Positions 1-11,113 of a stretch of DNA of 64,000 nucleotides are shown in pieces. The translations under genes and the position numbers were made by a program. Under the pieces are notes generated by a model. That model had not been told where the DNA came from. It did no database searches and saw only the letters and a list, made by a program, of their open reading frames with translations. Location of the stretch: positions 6,324,001-6,388,000 of the forward strand of contig OZ004608.1 of NCBI GenBank assembly GCA_963924565.1, read 5' to 3'. The DNA is from Ascidiella aspersa. Lineage: Eukaryota. Position 1 is the first letter of the stretch. The number at the start of each line of letters is the position of its first letter.

Positions 1-112
1 AATTAAGTATAGTGACACAAATAAAAATAAATTCTTCAATAAATATACAGTTTTTAAATTCGTCTGTGGCCCACCTAAAGAGTTTCCATGGCCCACTGGT
101 TGAGAACCGCTG
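1..112. mobile_element. Right part of a hAT-type MITE (full copies at 22914-23250 and 27187-27523)
   Basis: Ends in GGTTGAGAACCGCTG, the complement of the CAGTGGTTCTCAACC TIR seen in the full copies. Confidence 0.7.
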
Positions 113-613
113 CCCTAGTGGTATAATTGTAAATATCTGCTAAAGCTGTATTTCATAGTTTGACACTATAAAGAGTTTTTAAAGTTTCTCGAGCTTTTAG
201 GTATTCCGTTTTATTATGATTTGTTTTAAAGTATCCTACCATGCTTAGTTGCTAGTCTTACTCAACAAAACTAGGGATGGGAATAAAAAAATATTGGTTT
301 GTGCTATGAGTGTTAAGAACGAAACCAGCATAAAAAAAACGGGAAATTGTAAGGAACACGATTATTTTGAAGTACCGGTACAAAAACCTTTTAAAATAAT
401 GGAAAAGCAAACTATATACGACTGACTGTAACAAAAATATGGGATCTACTTGGAAAATAGTTTTGTTTATAACAATTTTAATTGGATGTGTTGCATGTTT
501 CAACTAACATTTTCAAATGCTGGAAGAGCATCTTATTTTTTGGGCGACAACCTATTTGAGGTTCGAATTTACTTTACTTTGAGGAGCAGATGTAATTTTC
601 TATTGCTTCTTAC

Positions 614-3600
614 CGTTGTAGATATGCTTCTGTTGAGGGGGACAAGCAATGGGAATTTCGTAGGCACCTTCCGCGACAACCCCAGGTATATTATTGGTTG
701 ATCTAAAAATGAGATTTTATTACATGTTAACTGTTAAAGTGAACAATTAAATACTATTTTAATAATCGCATTATTAAATACAGTAAGGCAGCGATTTTTT
801 TGACATGTTACTCTCGTTTTCTCTGTGGCCGTAATTGGAATAAAACAGTTTCGAAAAAAGCTGATATTATTTCGAACTTTCATGCGACAGATTTTTTTAA
901 ATGGTTTTAATGGTGCTTAATGAATGGGTTTGTTTATACGAGGGATGCAGGATGGGTTAAAATTAGTCCCAGACGGACTTCGGCAAAATTTGCAAACTCC
1001 GTCGAGGTCCGAGTTCGGCTCTCACTCTATACAGTCTGTGTTGCACTGATTTATACAACAACAAAAAATAAGGTTGATATACAGCCATCTAACTGTAGGG
1101 TGTCATAGGCTATATCTCAAGCACCCACAATACGTTGGTGGAAATAGTCCACTATATGCTATTGCAACTTTACAATTCACAGTTGGCAGCCTTTTCGTTC
1201 TCGAACTTGTTACTGCGCATGCGCACGTCCAAATCGTGGCTCTCGTGTAATCTTACGAAGTCTTACTCGAGTTTGATTTTCTCCATATATACCGACTCAA
1301 GTACCGAGTCGGACTGAGAATCCACAAAAGCTAACAAAGGAGCTTAAAAACGCTTATAAGTGGAATATATAAAATGTTTAAACTGATAAGGTATGAAAAG
1401 TTTAAACTGGTTAGGCATAGTTATCTTAACTGAAATATTTTAAAATAAATTTGCAAGTTTTACTTATAGCCATCCAGTGTTTTTTTTAAGGTGTTTTGGG
1501 GGACCGAAACGATCCCCCAAATTTCTCCAGCGGTTTCCCAAAATTTGGACTTGCAACTCTGCCAGTAGCCTAATAAATAATTCGTTTAAGCAAATATGGC
1601 TATTTTTTGGTATTTAAATGAAACACTTGCGGTCTCTTGAAACTACTTAGCGGTCACCCAAACCAAACCTTAAAAAAAACCTGGTCATATCAAACCAATT
1701 AAAATTTCTTACGCATTTCGAACATGTTTGAGTCGAATAGAATGTCTTTTCAGGCAGCATATCAACAACACAATAATGCAGACGGATGCCAACAGCAGCG
1801 ATACAAGGACAGCTATCACTGGCACTTGGAATTGAAGCGTTTCATTCTGAGTGGACGTGGGTTGAGCTGCAAAAGACGTAATGGCTCAGTGGTTTGCATT
1901 GGTAGCATATTCAGGACTTAAGATGTTCGAAACTTCCATAATTTACGGTAACTCGACTATTCGTTAACGACCTCATGGTGGGTTAATCAGTTTTATATTT
2001 CGGCACTTTTGAGTTAAAGCATAACCATTATAAATATAAAAGCTTTTAAAATAAATGTTTGCATCATAGGCGTGCTGATAAACACCTTAAAAGGTTACTG
2101 TGCAACATTAGTGACAAACATTGGCCCTTAATGATTAGGCCTATTTTTATGTACTTCAAGGCTGTTTTAAATGGCCTGCCCCAGAACACAAATACTTCTA
2201 AAGCAGTGGTTCTTAACCTTTTTTCAGCCGCGCCCCTCTTTGGTAATTTTCTCATTCCTTGCGCCCCCCTATGAAAATATTTCCACCTTTTGCAATTAAA
2301 TATCACTGAGAAAACAGGAAAATAGTGAAGGGTGTTGTTGGTCGCGCGAAGCGCGAAAAATATTGAGTTTTATTTGGTCGAATTGGCTAAACTGCAACCG
2401 AAGAGGCGTTTCGCATTGGTCACAGAACAAATTGCGCGAGCTCGACACATTGATTTTATCGAGCTGATTTTGACAAACGTGTTGCGAGGGCATTTACTCC
2501 ACAGTTGTAAGAGTTGTATAATGTCGAGCGCAAATATTATACATTGCGTTATCGTGTTTCAAAAGATGTAACGACACACAATACAACGGCAATATTGCAA
2601 AAACAATATATGTTGCTATTATCTGTTATCATATATAAAATATGGATGAAAAATAGTCCGAAAGGGCGATAGCTTTTATCGTTTATCTATAAGTTAATTT
2701 AATAGGGAGGTGATACCGTGGATTTTCTTAAAAGGAATTAGATTCGCGCGCAGCGCGAAAAATTGTTGCAGTTTTAATGTTAAAGTTCGCAAAAAACAGA
2801 GTTTGTATGTAGGAATTATTTTTCCTAACCCAAACGAAACCATTAGAATCACTGCAAAAAGTTAAAATATTGAAGTCGAGCTCGCGCACCCCCTTAGAAT
2901 TGCTTGGCGCCCCCCAAGGGGGGCACGCGCCCCCGGTTAAGAAACGCTGTTCTAAAGTCTTCATTGCAGGGAAATGTTAAAAAAATAAATATAATTAGGA
3001 AAACCTCCCGGTTTGAGAAGCAAAACTAAATGATTGTTTACGTATTATTAGTTGTAGTGCAGTTCTACCAACTGTTTTCATTCAAGAGAAACCCACCGTT
3101 TGTTTAGAATTATTTTTAGTTTTTTAATGCATTAAACGTGGGTTTGATGTATTTTTTTAACGAAGGCCCAGTTTGGAACTTGAACGAGTATAGAAGTAAG
3201 AGGTCGGGTCTGAACATACTGTTGAAAATGCGGAGCGCAATTAAAACATGCGGCAACAAATTTAATTTAAAAAGTAAATATTTGATTTTGAATATCTGAG
3301 ATAAATATTTAAATTTGAATATTTGATAACATTATTTTATTTTCCCTGAATTTTAACAGTAAGATTATACTATCACTATTAAATCTCGGATATAGTTTGA
3401 AAATACATTATTCGCAGAACAGTATAATAACCTGAAGGCGGCGATTAGCCTTTAAGCACACACAACAATCGTCTTAATATGTCAACTACTTTTGGGTCAA
3501 ACCTGTATGTGATGTGTTGGACACATCGTACGTTGTTGTTGTGACTGTGACTGGTACAAAGTTTCTTCCAAGTTTCACGGATGTCGCTGAAATTGAAGCC

Positions 3601-6600
3601 GGTTGTGTCGGAACGGTTGATGGAGCTAGTTCCCGGGCAGTTACAACTGCGATAGATAGCACAGCGTCTAATAAATGTTACGTTGTTTATTTGGCGGTGG
3701 TTTTGTTTAAATAAATGCAATGTAATTGAAAGTCGTAGTAAGAATTTTACAGCCCATACACAAGTAGGCATAATTTTAAACGTTTTGAATATCTTTTATT
3801 CATTTTTAAGATGTCTGAATAAAGAGCTATTCGAAACGTTCGAAATGATACCAACTTCTGTATGGGCTGTGATATTCTTACCAAGTCTTACTACAAGCTC
3901 CAACCATAGGGACTATGCTTCAATTGCAAGTGTTGGCAAACGGGACAACTTAAGTTAGCGGTACAGGCAAAATAACCCTAATAGTCCACGACAACCTAAA
4001 AGTAAAATTATTTTGGTATTTGTATTAAGTCCAAGATAAAACGAGAAAAACAAACAAAACCAATAGAATGGCAATTTTAATTACAAACTTTGTAATTTAT
4101 AGGTGGTGGTGCCTAAATTTAAACACTAAAATAACTGGTGGCGGTCGTTTCAGGCCGTCTTTTAAGCCAATTTCTATATTATAGATAGCCAGTTAAACAT
4201 GTAAGCTTGCTTTTAATGTAGACGAATACAGTACAGGTATATAAGAGGCATAATATGTATAGGCGTAGGCAAGAGGTTCTCAAACTGTGCGTCGTTTCCA
4301 GTGTTGTAATGACTTGTAAACGACGTCGCCGTATTTAAATGACTTAACTTGACCTAAAGTATTTTGGACAAATGACTTGACTTGACTTAAGTCGTTGTGT
4401 CAAATAACTTAAATTACGTGTTTTCATCAAATTTTTATTAATAAATTTTGGATATTAATCTCCAGTTTAAGACATAAAACAACTTGCTTGCTGTATGTTA
4501 GATTTTTGTTATTTTTTTTGTTGATTTAAGGCTCATAATCGGACGAGGTTACTAATTTTAATAATTTTACGCTTTATTTTTCTTGAAGTTGACTTGCTCT
4601 AATAATGACTTGAGTTGGGCAACTGATGACTTATGACGGTCTGGGACTTGACTCGGTATTGTTTAAAATGAGACTTAAGTCATTTCAAATTGAATTGTTT
4701 ACCACACTGCTGGTCGTTTTTATTTTTCAAGGGCGTTGCACAGAGTGATTATGTTTTGCGGGCTTCTCAAATTAAATTGCGCCTAAAGGTTTTTAATTGC
4801 GGCTATACATTGCTTTGCGGCTAAACATTGCTTCTAGATAAATTATTATTCTTTGCTTGTCACTTGCTGCAAGTTGTTTTATGTTTGAAAGTATGACGAT
4901 TTACCCACACTTAAACTAAATTAAAGCAATCCTGTGCAAAAACCCACTTTAGATCTAATTTGTTATGCTAAAGTTTTTGTTAATTTCTTGCGCTGTAGTT
5001 TCGTTTGCTTTGTTTTCTATGGTGTGCTTTTCATACATAATATAGTTAAATGACAATAATTAAATATCCTATAGCTAGGTGCGTCGAAAGACAAACAGCG
5101 TCGCGAGATATAGTTTCAGGACCACTGGAGTAGGCACCAGAAATAAACTGGTGGCCCACGTTTTTTGTCTTCACAATGCAATTTATACTTAAGAAATGCG
5201 CGCCACCATAAGCCATTCAAAAAGTATACTTTATTGGCCGACTACCTGTTGTTGTCTTGGAAGAGGTTGCGGCGACAGTTGCTGGTGATTTTTGAGTTGT
5301 TCTGGAAGTAGTTAGAACCGTTGTTGAAGGTGGAGCAAAGATTAGTAGGTGCGTCGTGGTTCTCGCTCTTGTTGCAGTAGTTGAGGAAGTTGCGGCGACA
5401 GTTGCTGGTGATTTTTGAGTTGTTCTGGAAGCAGTTGTTGATGAAGGTGGAGCAAAGGTTAGTAGGTGCGTCGTGGTTCTCGCTCTTGTTGTAGTAGTTG
5501 AGGAAGTCGTTGGGATGGCTGGTTTCGGTGTAGTGGTGCTGAGTTTGGTTACTGGAACTTAACATGAAATTTGTTGAAAACGTAATTGAAACAACCGTGT
5601 AACGTATATAGCTATGTAATGGCATTTGGCAAAGGTAAACAGTTTGCTGATTAATGTTGCGAAGCCTTAAAGTTTATACATTTGTTGACTTTACATTTTT
5701 GATACACAACCACAAATAAAACACTTGAAATTGCAAATCTCTTTCAATGAAGCATGTAGCATACAATGCACAACATGCAGCATACGATGAGACTAGACTT
5801 AATTTTATGTTTCTCGAATTTCATCACCGCTGAGCCTGTTAATCAAAGTTGGTTTAGTGCGAGGTATACGTTATGGTCAAGGAGCCATGTATTTTAATCG
5901 CACCACACTATATAGACCACGAAAGTGAAAACTAGGACCAGTGGCGGAGCCAGCCGAAAAGTTTGTGGGGTGGGGCAAAAATATTTGTTGTTTAGCTTTT
6001 ACCATTGTGTTAACTGCCGTAACGAACACAAATAACAATGCTAGCAAACCGTTTCGAGCAGCAACGGACTGAGTGTTAACGCAATACTCAAAAAACAGTC
6101 AATGAGTAAAATCTGTCTGAAAGTAGTAAAAGTACATTAATGTATAGTAAATGTTATAATAACTACATCGTTTGTGACGTAACAATGCCTGACAATTGAA
6201 GGTGTGGCATGCCTGTGATCAAATGTTGTGGTACTGCTCATAAATGCTACAAAAAATGTATTAAGAGTAAAATATTTATAATTTTTTTTGGCCATGGCCC
6301 CTCATGGCCCCTCAGGCCTTTTGGCCATGGGCCATGGCCCCTCAGGCCCCCCCCCCTGGCTACGCCTATGACTAGGATCCCTAGGCCAAATGTGACCTAC
6401 AAAACGATAATATATTGCCCGCGGGAATTTTAGTCCGGCAAGAATAATATTTTAAAAGTAAAACGAATGTAAATCGCACAGCCAATTTGTCAACCCCACA
6501 TTTATAATTTGTCAACCCCACATTTACAATTTGTCAATCCCACATTTACAATTTGTCAACCCCACACATTTATTAACCAAGAACAACACTACCGGTACTA

Positions 6601-7648
6601 ATTATTAGCCTTTCCCATCGTCAACTTGCCTGCATTGAGATCATTTAGATACAATCGAATGTTTTAAAATAATATCGGCACGATATGTGCCAATATTTCA
6701 ATAGTAAACAAAACTGGCTTCGGTCTGCCTAGTTTTTATTTAGAAGTACTTTCTGTATGTACAGAACAGTGTTTCTCAACATGCGACATCAGTACCACTA
6801 CTGACACATTAAGGCAGTTTAGGTGGTACGAGATCAGCTTTTATATAGGTGTAATGCTTTATATGTGACACAATTTATTACTGATTCACAAAGTAATCTT
6901 TACTCTTTGCCCCATTTAATGCACATATAACCTTCAATTTGCGGCAACCGCTGGAAACGACTGGTTTTGGACATATGATTTGGGCCAAATAGTTTCAGCG
7001 CCTGTAAACTACAAGTTTGAGGATAACTGGTATGGAGCGTTAATTTATTCTCTACCCTAAGTTATAATTTCGAAATTACCTTTAGTTTTGTTCTATAAAG
7101 CGAAAGTGTCACGCCAAAATTGAATAAATTATCAGCTTAACTTACCCACGCTTCTTTGGCAAACGTATGCAAGACGTTGGTTGCAAACAAAATCGTCCCA
7201 AGCCTCAGTTTGATTGAATCCAATAATAACACAATCCTCAGTTCCGGCATCGTTGTTAGGTTGTCCTCTTCTCCAGTTTGACCATGTCAGTTTTGATCCG
7301 TCCAACCAGTGGAACTCATAGGTTGTTACGTATCGCTTCAAACCGATGTAAAACTTTTTACGTGTACCTGGATGTGTTTATAAATTCATTTAAAAATAGA
7401 CAAGCAAGTTATATCATGTCAAATCTCAAACCTGCAATATTCACCACGAAATCACTTATTTTTGGCGATTTGAGTTCAACCAACGTTGATTGCATTCCCT
7501 TGCATGCTTCTAGTGCGTCATTGTACGTTTTTGGATTATTTGTCACAATGCGATATTCCAATTTGTCCAACCTATGCCAATTGACAGCGCGGGTTTTACA
7601 AAAAAGAAAGCTTACAAATATAGCAAAAACGCAATATATTGCTACCAT
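614..7648 (-). CDS. C-type lectin receptor 1: signal peptide, CTLD, long Thr/Ser mucin stalk, TM, YxxP cytoplasmic tail (last exon lies left of the window)
   Basis: Phase-compatible GT-AG exons 7648-7432, 7367-7146, 5557-5246, 3667-3503, 1866-1713, 702-614. CTLD motifs EAC, FYIGL, WLDGS, QPN, EDC, WDD.VC, YVCQ. TM VPVIAVLVSLLLASVCIIVLLICCL followed by KRHSIRLK. Tail AYEIP...HIYN. The homologous last exon is seen in the paralogous block at 22823-22708. Confidence 0.85.
2204..2949. mobile_element. Non-autonomous hAT (Charlie-like) MITE
   Basis: TIRs CAGTGGTTCTTAACC / GGTTAAGAAACGCTG with a perfect 8-bp TSD TTCTAAAG on both sides. Confidence 0.85.
3738..3881. repeat. Imperfect foldback inverted repeat, ~65-bp arms
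   Basis: GTAAGAATTTTACAGCCCATACACAAG...TTTATTCA is the near reverse complement of TGAATAAAG...CTGTATGGGCTGTGATATTCTTAC. Confidence 0.75.
4271..5127. mobile_element. Degenerate hAT MITE with a nested GACTT-rich element (4299-4709)
   Basis: Ends AAGAGGTTCTCAAACT / AGTTTCAGGACCACTG with near-TSD GCGTAGGC/GAGTAGGC. The nested element has ends CAGTGTTGTAA / TTACCACACTG; relatives occur near 17.3-17.7, 34.9-35.4 and 38.9-39.4 kb. Confidence 0.6.
5265..5507 (-). repeat. Two ~117-123 bp coding tandem repeats in the mucin exon (TSSTT[T/A]TRARTTTHLL.FAPPS...SRTTQKSPATVAA)
   Basis: Direct repeat visible in the DNA; the frame entered from the phase-1 acceptor is Thr/Ser/Pro-rich. Confidence 0.85.
5939..6370. 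mobile_element. MITE with CAGTGGCGGAGCCAG / CTGGCTACGCCTATG ends
   Basis: Imperfect TIRs with 8-bp TSD ACTAGGAC/ACTAGGAT. Confidence 0.75.
6484..6570. repeat. 22-bp minisatellite (AATTTGTCAACCCCACATTTA[T/C]) x4
   Basis: Four tandem units here; only one unit in the paralogous blocks (26286, 30559). Confidence 0.85.
6767..7029. mobile_element. Degenerate hAT MITE in the intron after the CTLD (paralogous copy ~30775-31032)
   Basis: CAGTGTTTCTCAAC ... AGTTTGAGGATAACTG; TSD is degenerate. Confidence 0.5.
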
Positions 7649-10600
7649 TGTCCTATAACCTTGCAGGCAATTCTAAAAATAAAACAAATTCAATGTTATA
7701 TTAATTAAAACACATTAGGGAAATAAATTTACAATATTTGGATCCTGCCTTAGCTCCGTTACAGCCACTAATAGCATCATTGTTTATTATATTTAGCATA
7801 ATAACTTTAAAAACTCATTATAAACATCAACAAACACGCATTCACATAAATTTGTACGAATCTGGGTTTTTTGCAATAAATTTCGTCAATATCGTGTTGC
7901 TTATAGCTTGAAGAAAAGTGAATACAGAAACAACTTTAACGATAACAGTATAAATAGTATACTGCGTCACTTTCTTTGTCAAGCCAACTTAAGCTATTAC
8001 GTCATAAGGCGCAACACATGCAAAAATATGGCACAGGGCGCGCGACAATGGAGGTTATCTAAATGTTAAAAGACATACACAATTGCAAAGTCTAAAAATG
8101 GCATAAAAATAGGCATTGTTCTATTTACCCGTTTCGTTTAAAGAGAAGCCTAAATCGACGTGATGGTCATCACGTAAGCAAAACAATTAGGAGGAACTGA
8201 AGTTAATGTAGTGCGACAGTCCACGCAATTGCTATGTTCATAATGTATCCAACGACAACTTCAACTACATTGCGCCACATACGGAACTGTATTTATTTTC
8301 ATTAAGCTGTAAAGCCCACAGAAATTTATAAACTTAACATTTTCCCCGCTTATATAGCCACTGTGAGACAATTATGTAATCTTTTATATTTGCTCGATAA
8401 GCTTAAAGAAAAATTTTACTGGGAATGCAGCTCAACATTTCACAAAGATTATCCACCCTTATTTTTGAATTTTTTGTCCAGGTCTATTTTTTTCTCCTTT
8501 TAATCGTCATGCCAAAGATTGTAAACCTGTTGTAGATCGACTTAACATATAGTTTTGCAGCAAGCCTGTCAATGAACAGCTAATACACTGGATATAACTG
8601 CTCAATTCCAATGATTTTTTATAAAGTTCCTCTATCGTACACACTCAACGAAACGAATATATTATTAACCAATACCCTTTTTGGGCTTTGTGGCAACCAA
8701 ACCTTCCTACCAACATATTCTATCAGCATGCTTAACCCTATTCTTACTTGACTATAGTCTGTGAAAGTTATGTATTGTGTGCTGAGAGGAAGAAATTGGA
8801 TACGCTTATCGCTTCTAAAATGCACGGAAGCGCTACGGTCTCCCAGTGCAGTTATTTATTTGCAGGGTGAGAACATTTTTTCTTTGGAGGGGCAAACGTA
8901 TTTGTTTTATCAATTGAAAGCATACACGTCATTCACGTTGGCATTATTTCCGTTGCTTTTTTCATCAACATTTTGCACACGATGAAGTTAGTGATACACT
9001 ACCCATTCCATTTTAACTGATGCACCTTTGACCAGAGTTTCCCAAACTGTTCTTTTTGTCGCCCTTTTTAATTTAGTAAAACTTTCCGTGACCCTTCACG
9101 TGTTACAGTGATAAACCAAACAACTCCCGGATGCTTTCATGGACGCGTTTGGTGAAGCAATGTTCAGCCCACTCGGATTTTGCGTTTTACCATATTTTGT
9201 CTTTGTATACCGAAACTTAGAATAGGTGCCATCATTTAAGATGTATAAGATGTGTTTGGAAATTATTTTGCACTTTTCGCCACCCATAAATCTCATTGCA
9301 CTACCCTAGTGTGGTAAACTGTGTCATATACCACAGTTAAATGTTGTTCAAATGACGATTTTATAAACAGTAACAATACAATGAAAATTAACGCCGTTTT
9401 TAACCCTGAAAGAGTATTCAGATAAGGTGTTGATTACTAATAAACTAAGCCAAAGGATGAAAGTAAACTACGCGCGGTGGTAATATTTAAATGCACAAAC
9501 AACTTTAAAATATGTGGACGTTTAAACAGTTGGCTTCTGTAAAGTGCGTCATAAAAGGAAGTTATCGAAGACTGGCAATTAATCAAGGGAAATTCCATTG
9601 AACCCGCACTATCACGACAACGCGCTATATATAGTGATTGTGGGATACAAACGTAATGCCTGAATAAAAAGATACGCTTTTACTTGTGCTATAGCATGGT
9701 TGGCCAATTAAACCATAGTTTTAACATCTTAAAGACTTGAAATCCACCCTTTTTTATCTTCTGTATTTTCAATGAATCCAAATTTAATCTTTGTTTAATA
9801 AACGGTTACGGTTTGCAAGTACAACTCAATCGATGCAAATTGTAGCGTTTGGACGTCATTAAGCGTACTGCAATTTTGTTCGTTGAAAGATTTGTAGAGT
9901 GAATTGATCAGCAATTTGATTTGCGAAGGCCATTGTTTTCCTTATGATGTCAATTGTAAGAAAGTATTGCATGCGAGCCCTGAATGCATATTTTAAGTTC
10001 GCTAGTACAACGAGTCTCAGTCTTTACTCATTTGGAGAAATAAATCTGCACTTTGAAGTAAAATGATTGGAGATTGTGGTAATACGTAGTGAAATATCAA
10101 AGCCCATACAAAAGTAAGTATCAATAAATAATCATTTCGAGAAACAAAACTAACAACTGTTCCAGTTTTTAATTCCGGATATTATGGCGTAAATAATAAT
10201 TGTAATCGTGGTTTCCAGACGGGCTTCGAAGCAGGTTTAAAACAACTAGATTCGGTCTCCGAATTCCCTACCTTAAATTAACAGTATAGACATACAACTC
10301 ATAAGGGTGTTATATATCTCACAAGCCTACAATTTTTTGTTGTAGCCCCAAACCGAACTAGAGCTAAATAAACCGATTTCGTCGAGCCTTAGTCACGAGC
10401 CCATCTCCCATTCTGCAGCCATTCTACAGAGTTTCAGTTTTCATACAAGTATCTATCCTTGAAGCGCTATTAGATCATTCTTTTTTCGCTAATGCTTGGC
10501 TTTGCCAGCGTAGCCTATATATACTGTACATTGTGCTAAATCAGTAATCTATGAACCTTCAAAACATGAATTTTTTTACAGCGGAGTAGTTTGCAGCTGC

Positions 10601-11113
10601 TAAACTCCTACAATTCGAAGATTGTTAATTATTGTATCATGTTATCCAAGCGAAAACTAATACTTGTTTAAAACGCAATTTATTTTTACTGGTGTTTAAT
10701 ATTCTGGCGACCATGAATTTATCTGTATTAGCAATAACCTGGAGTTTAAGCGAAAAGTGCTCTCAATTAATTAAAACACCAAATCCGGCGTAAGGAGCTC
10801 TGTTACAGTAAAAGGCAATGGCGAAATACTTGTCCAGAAAACAATATAAAATTATAGAACCTTTGTAAAAAATAACGATTGATTAAATATCAAATTACAC
10901 GCCTTTTAATGGCAGAAATTTTCACGGCATATCAATCAAAGCAAGACGGTTTGGTAGGCCATGCTACATAACACAACCACAAAAAGAACGCTTTATCCCT
11001 TCCTCTGCTGCAAAGCAACATTACGGGGTATTCTGGGCTCTGACTGGGAGTTACTGAAATTCGACTACGATACAATTTAGTTGATGTTCCTCTTCGACAT
11101 TTTGTAGAAACAG

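Noticed and set aside
258-503. ORF with ITIM-like VVYSLL after an apparent acceptor (also at 23409 and 27682)
   Set aside because: Needs a phase-0 entry but the preceding donor is phase 1; the acidic YVEP/YVEF exon fits the phase instead.
5242-5625. 127-aa Asn/Cys-rich repeat ORF
   Set aside because: Wrong frame of the mucin exon; splice phases give the Thr/Ser-rich frame.
6484-6570. CRISPR-like array
   Set aside because: Units are contiguous with no spacers, in a eukaryotic intron.
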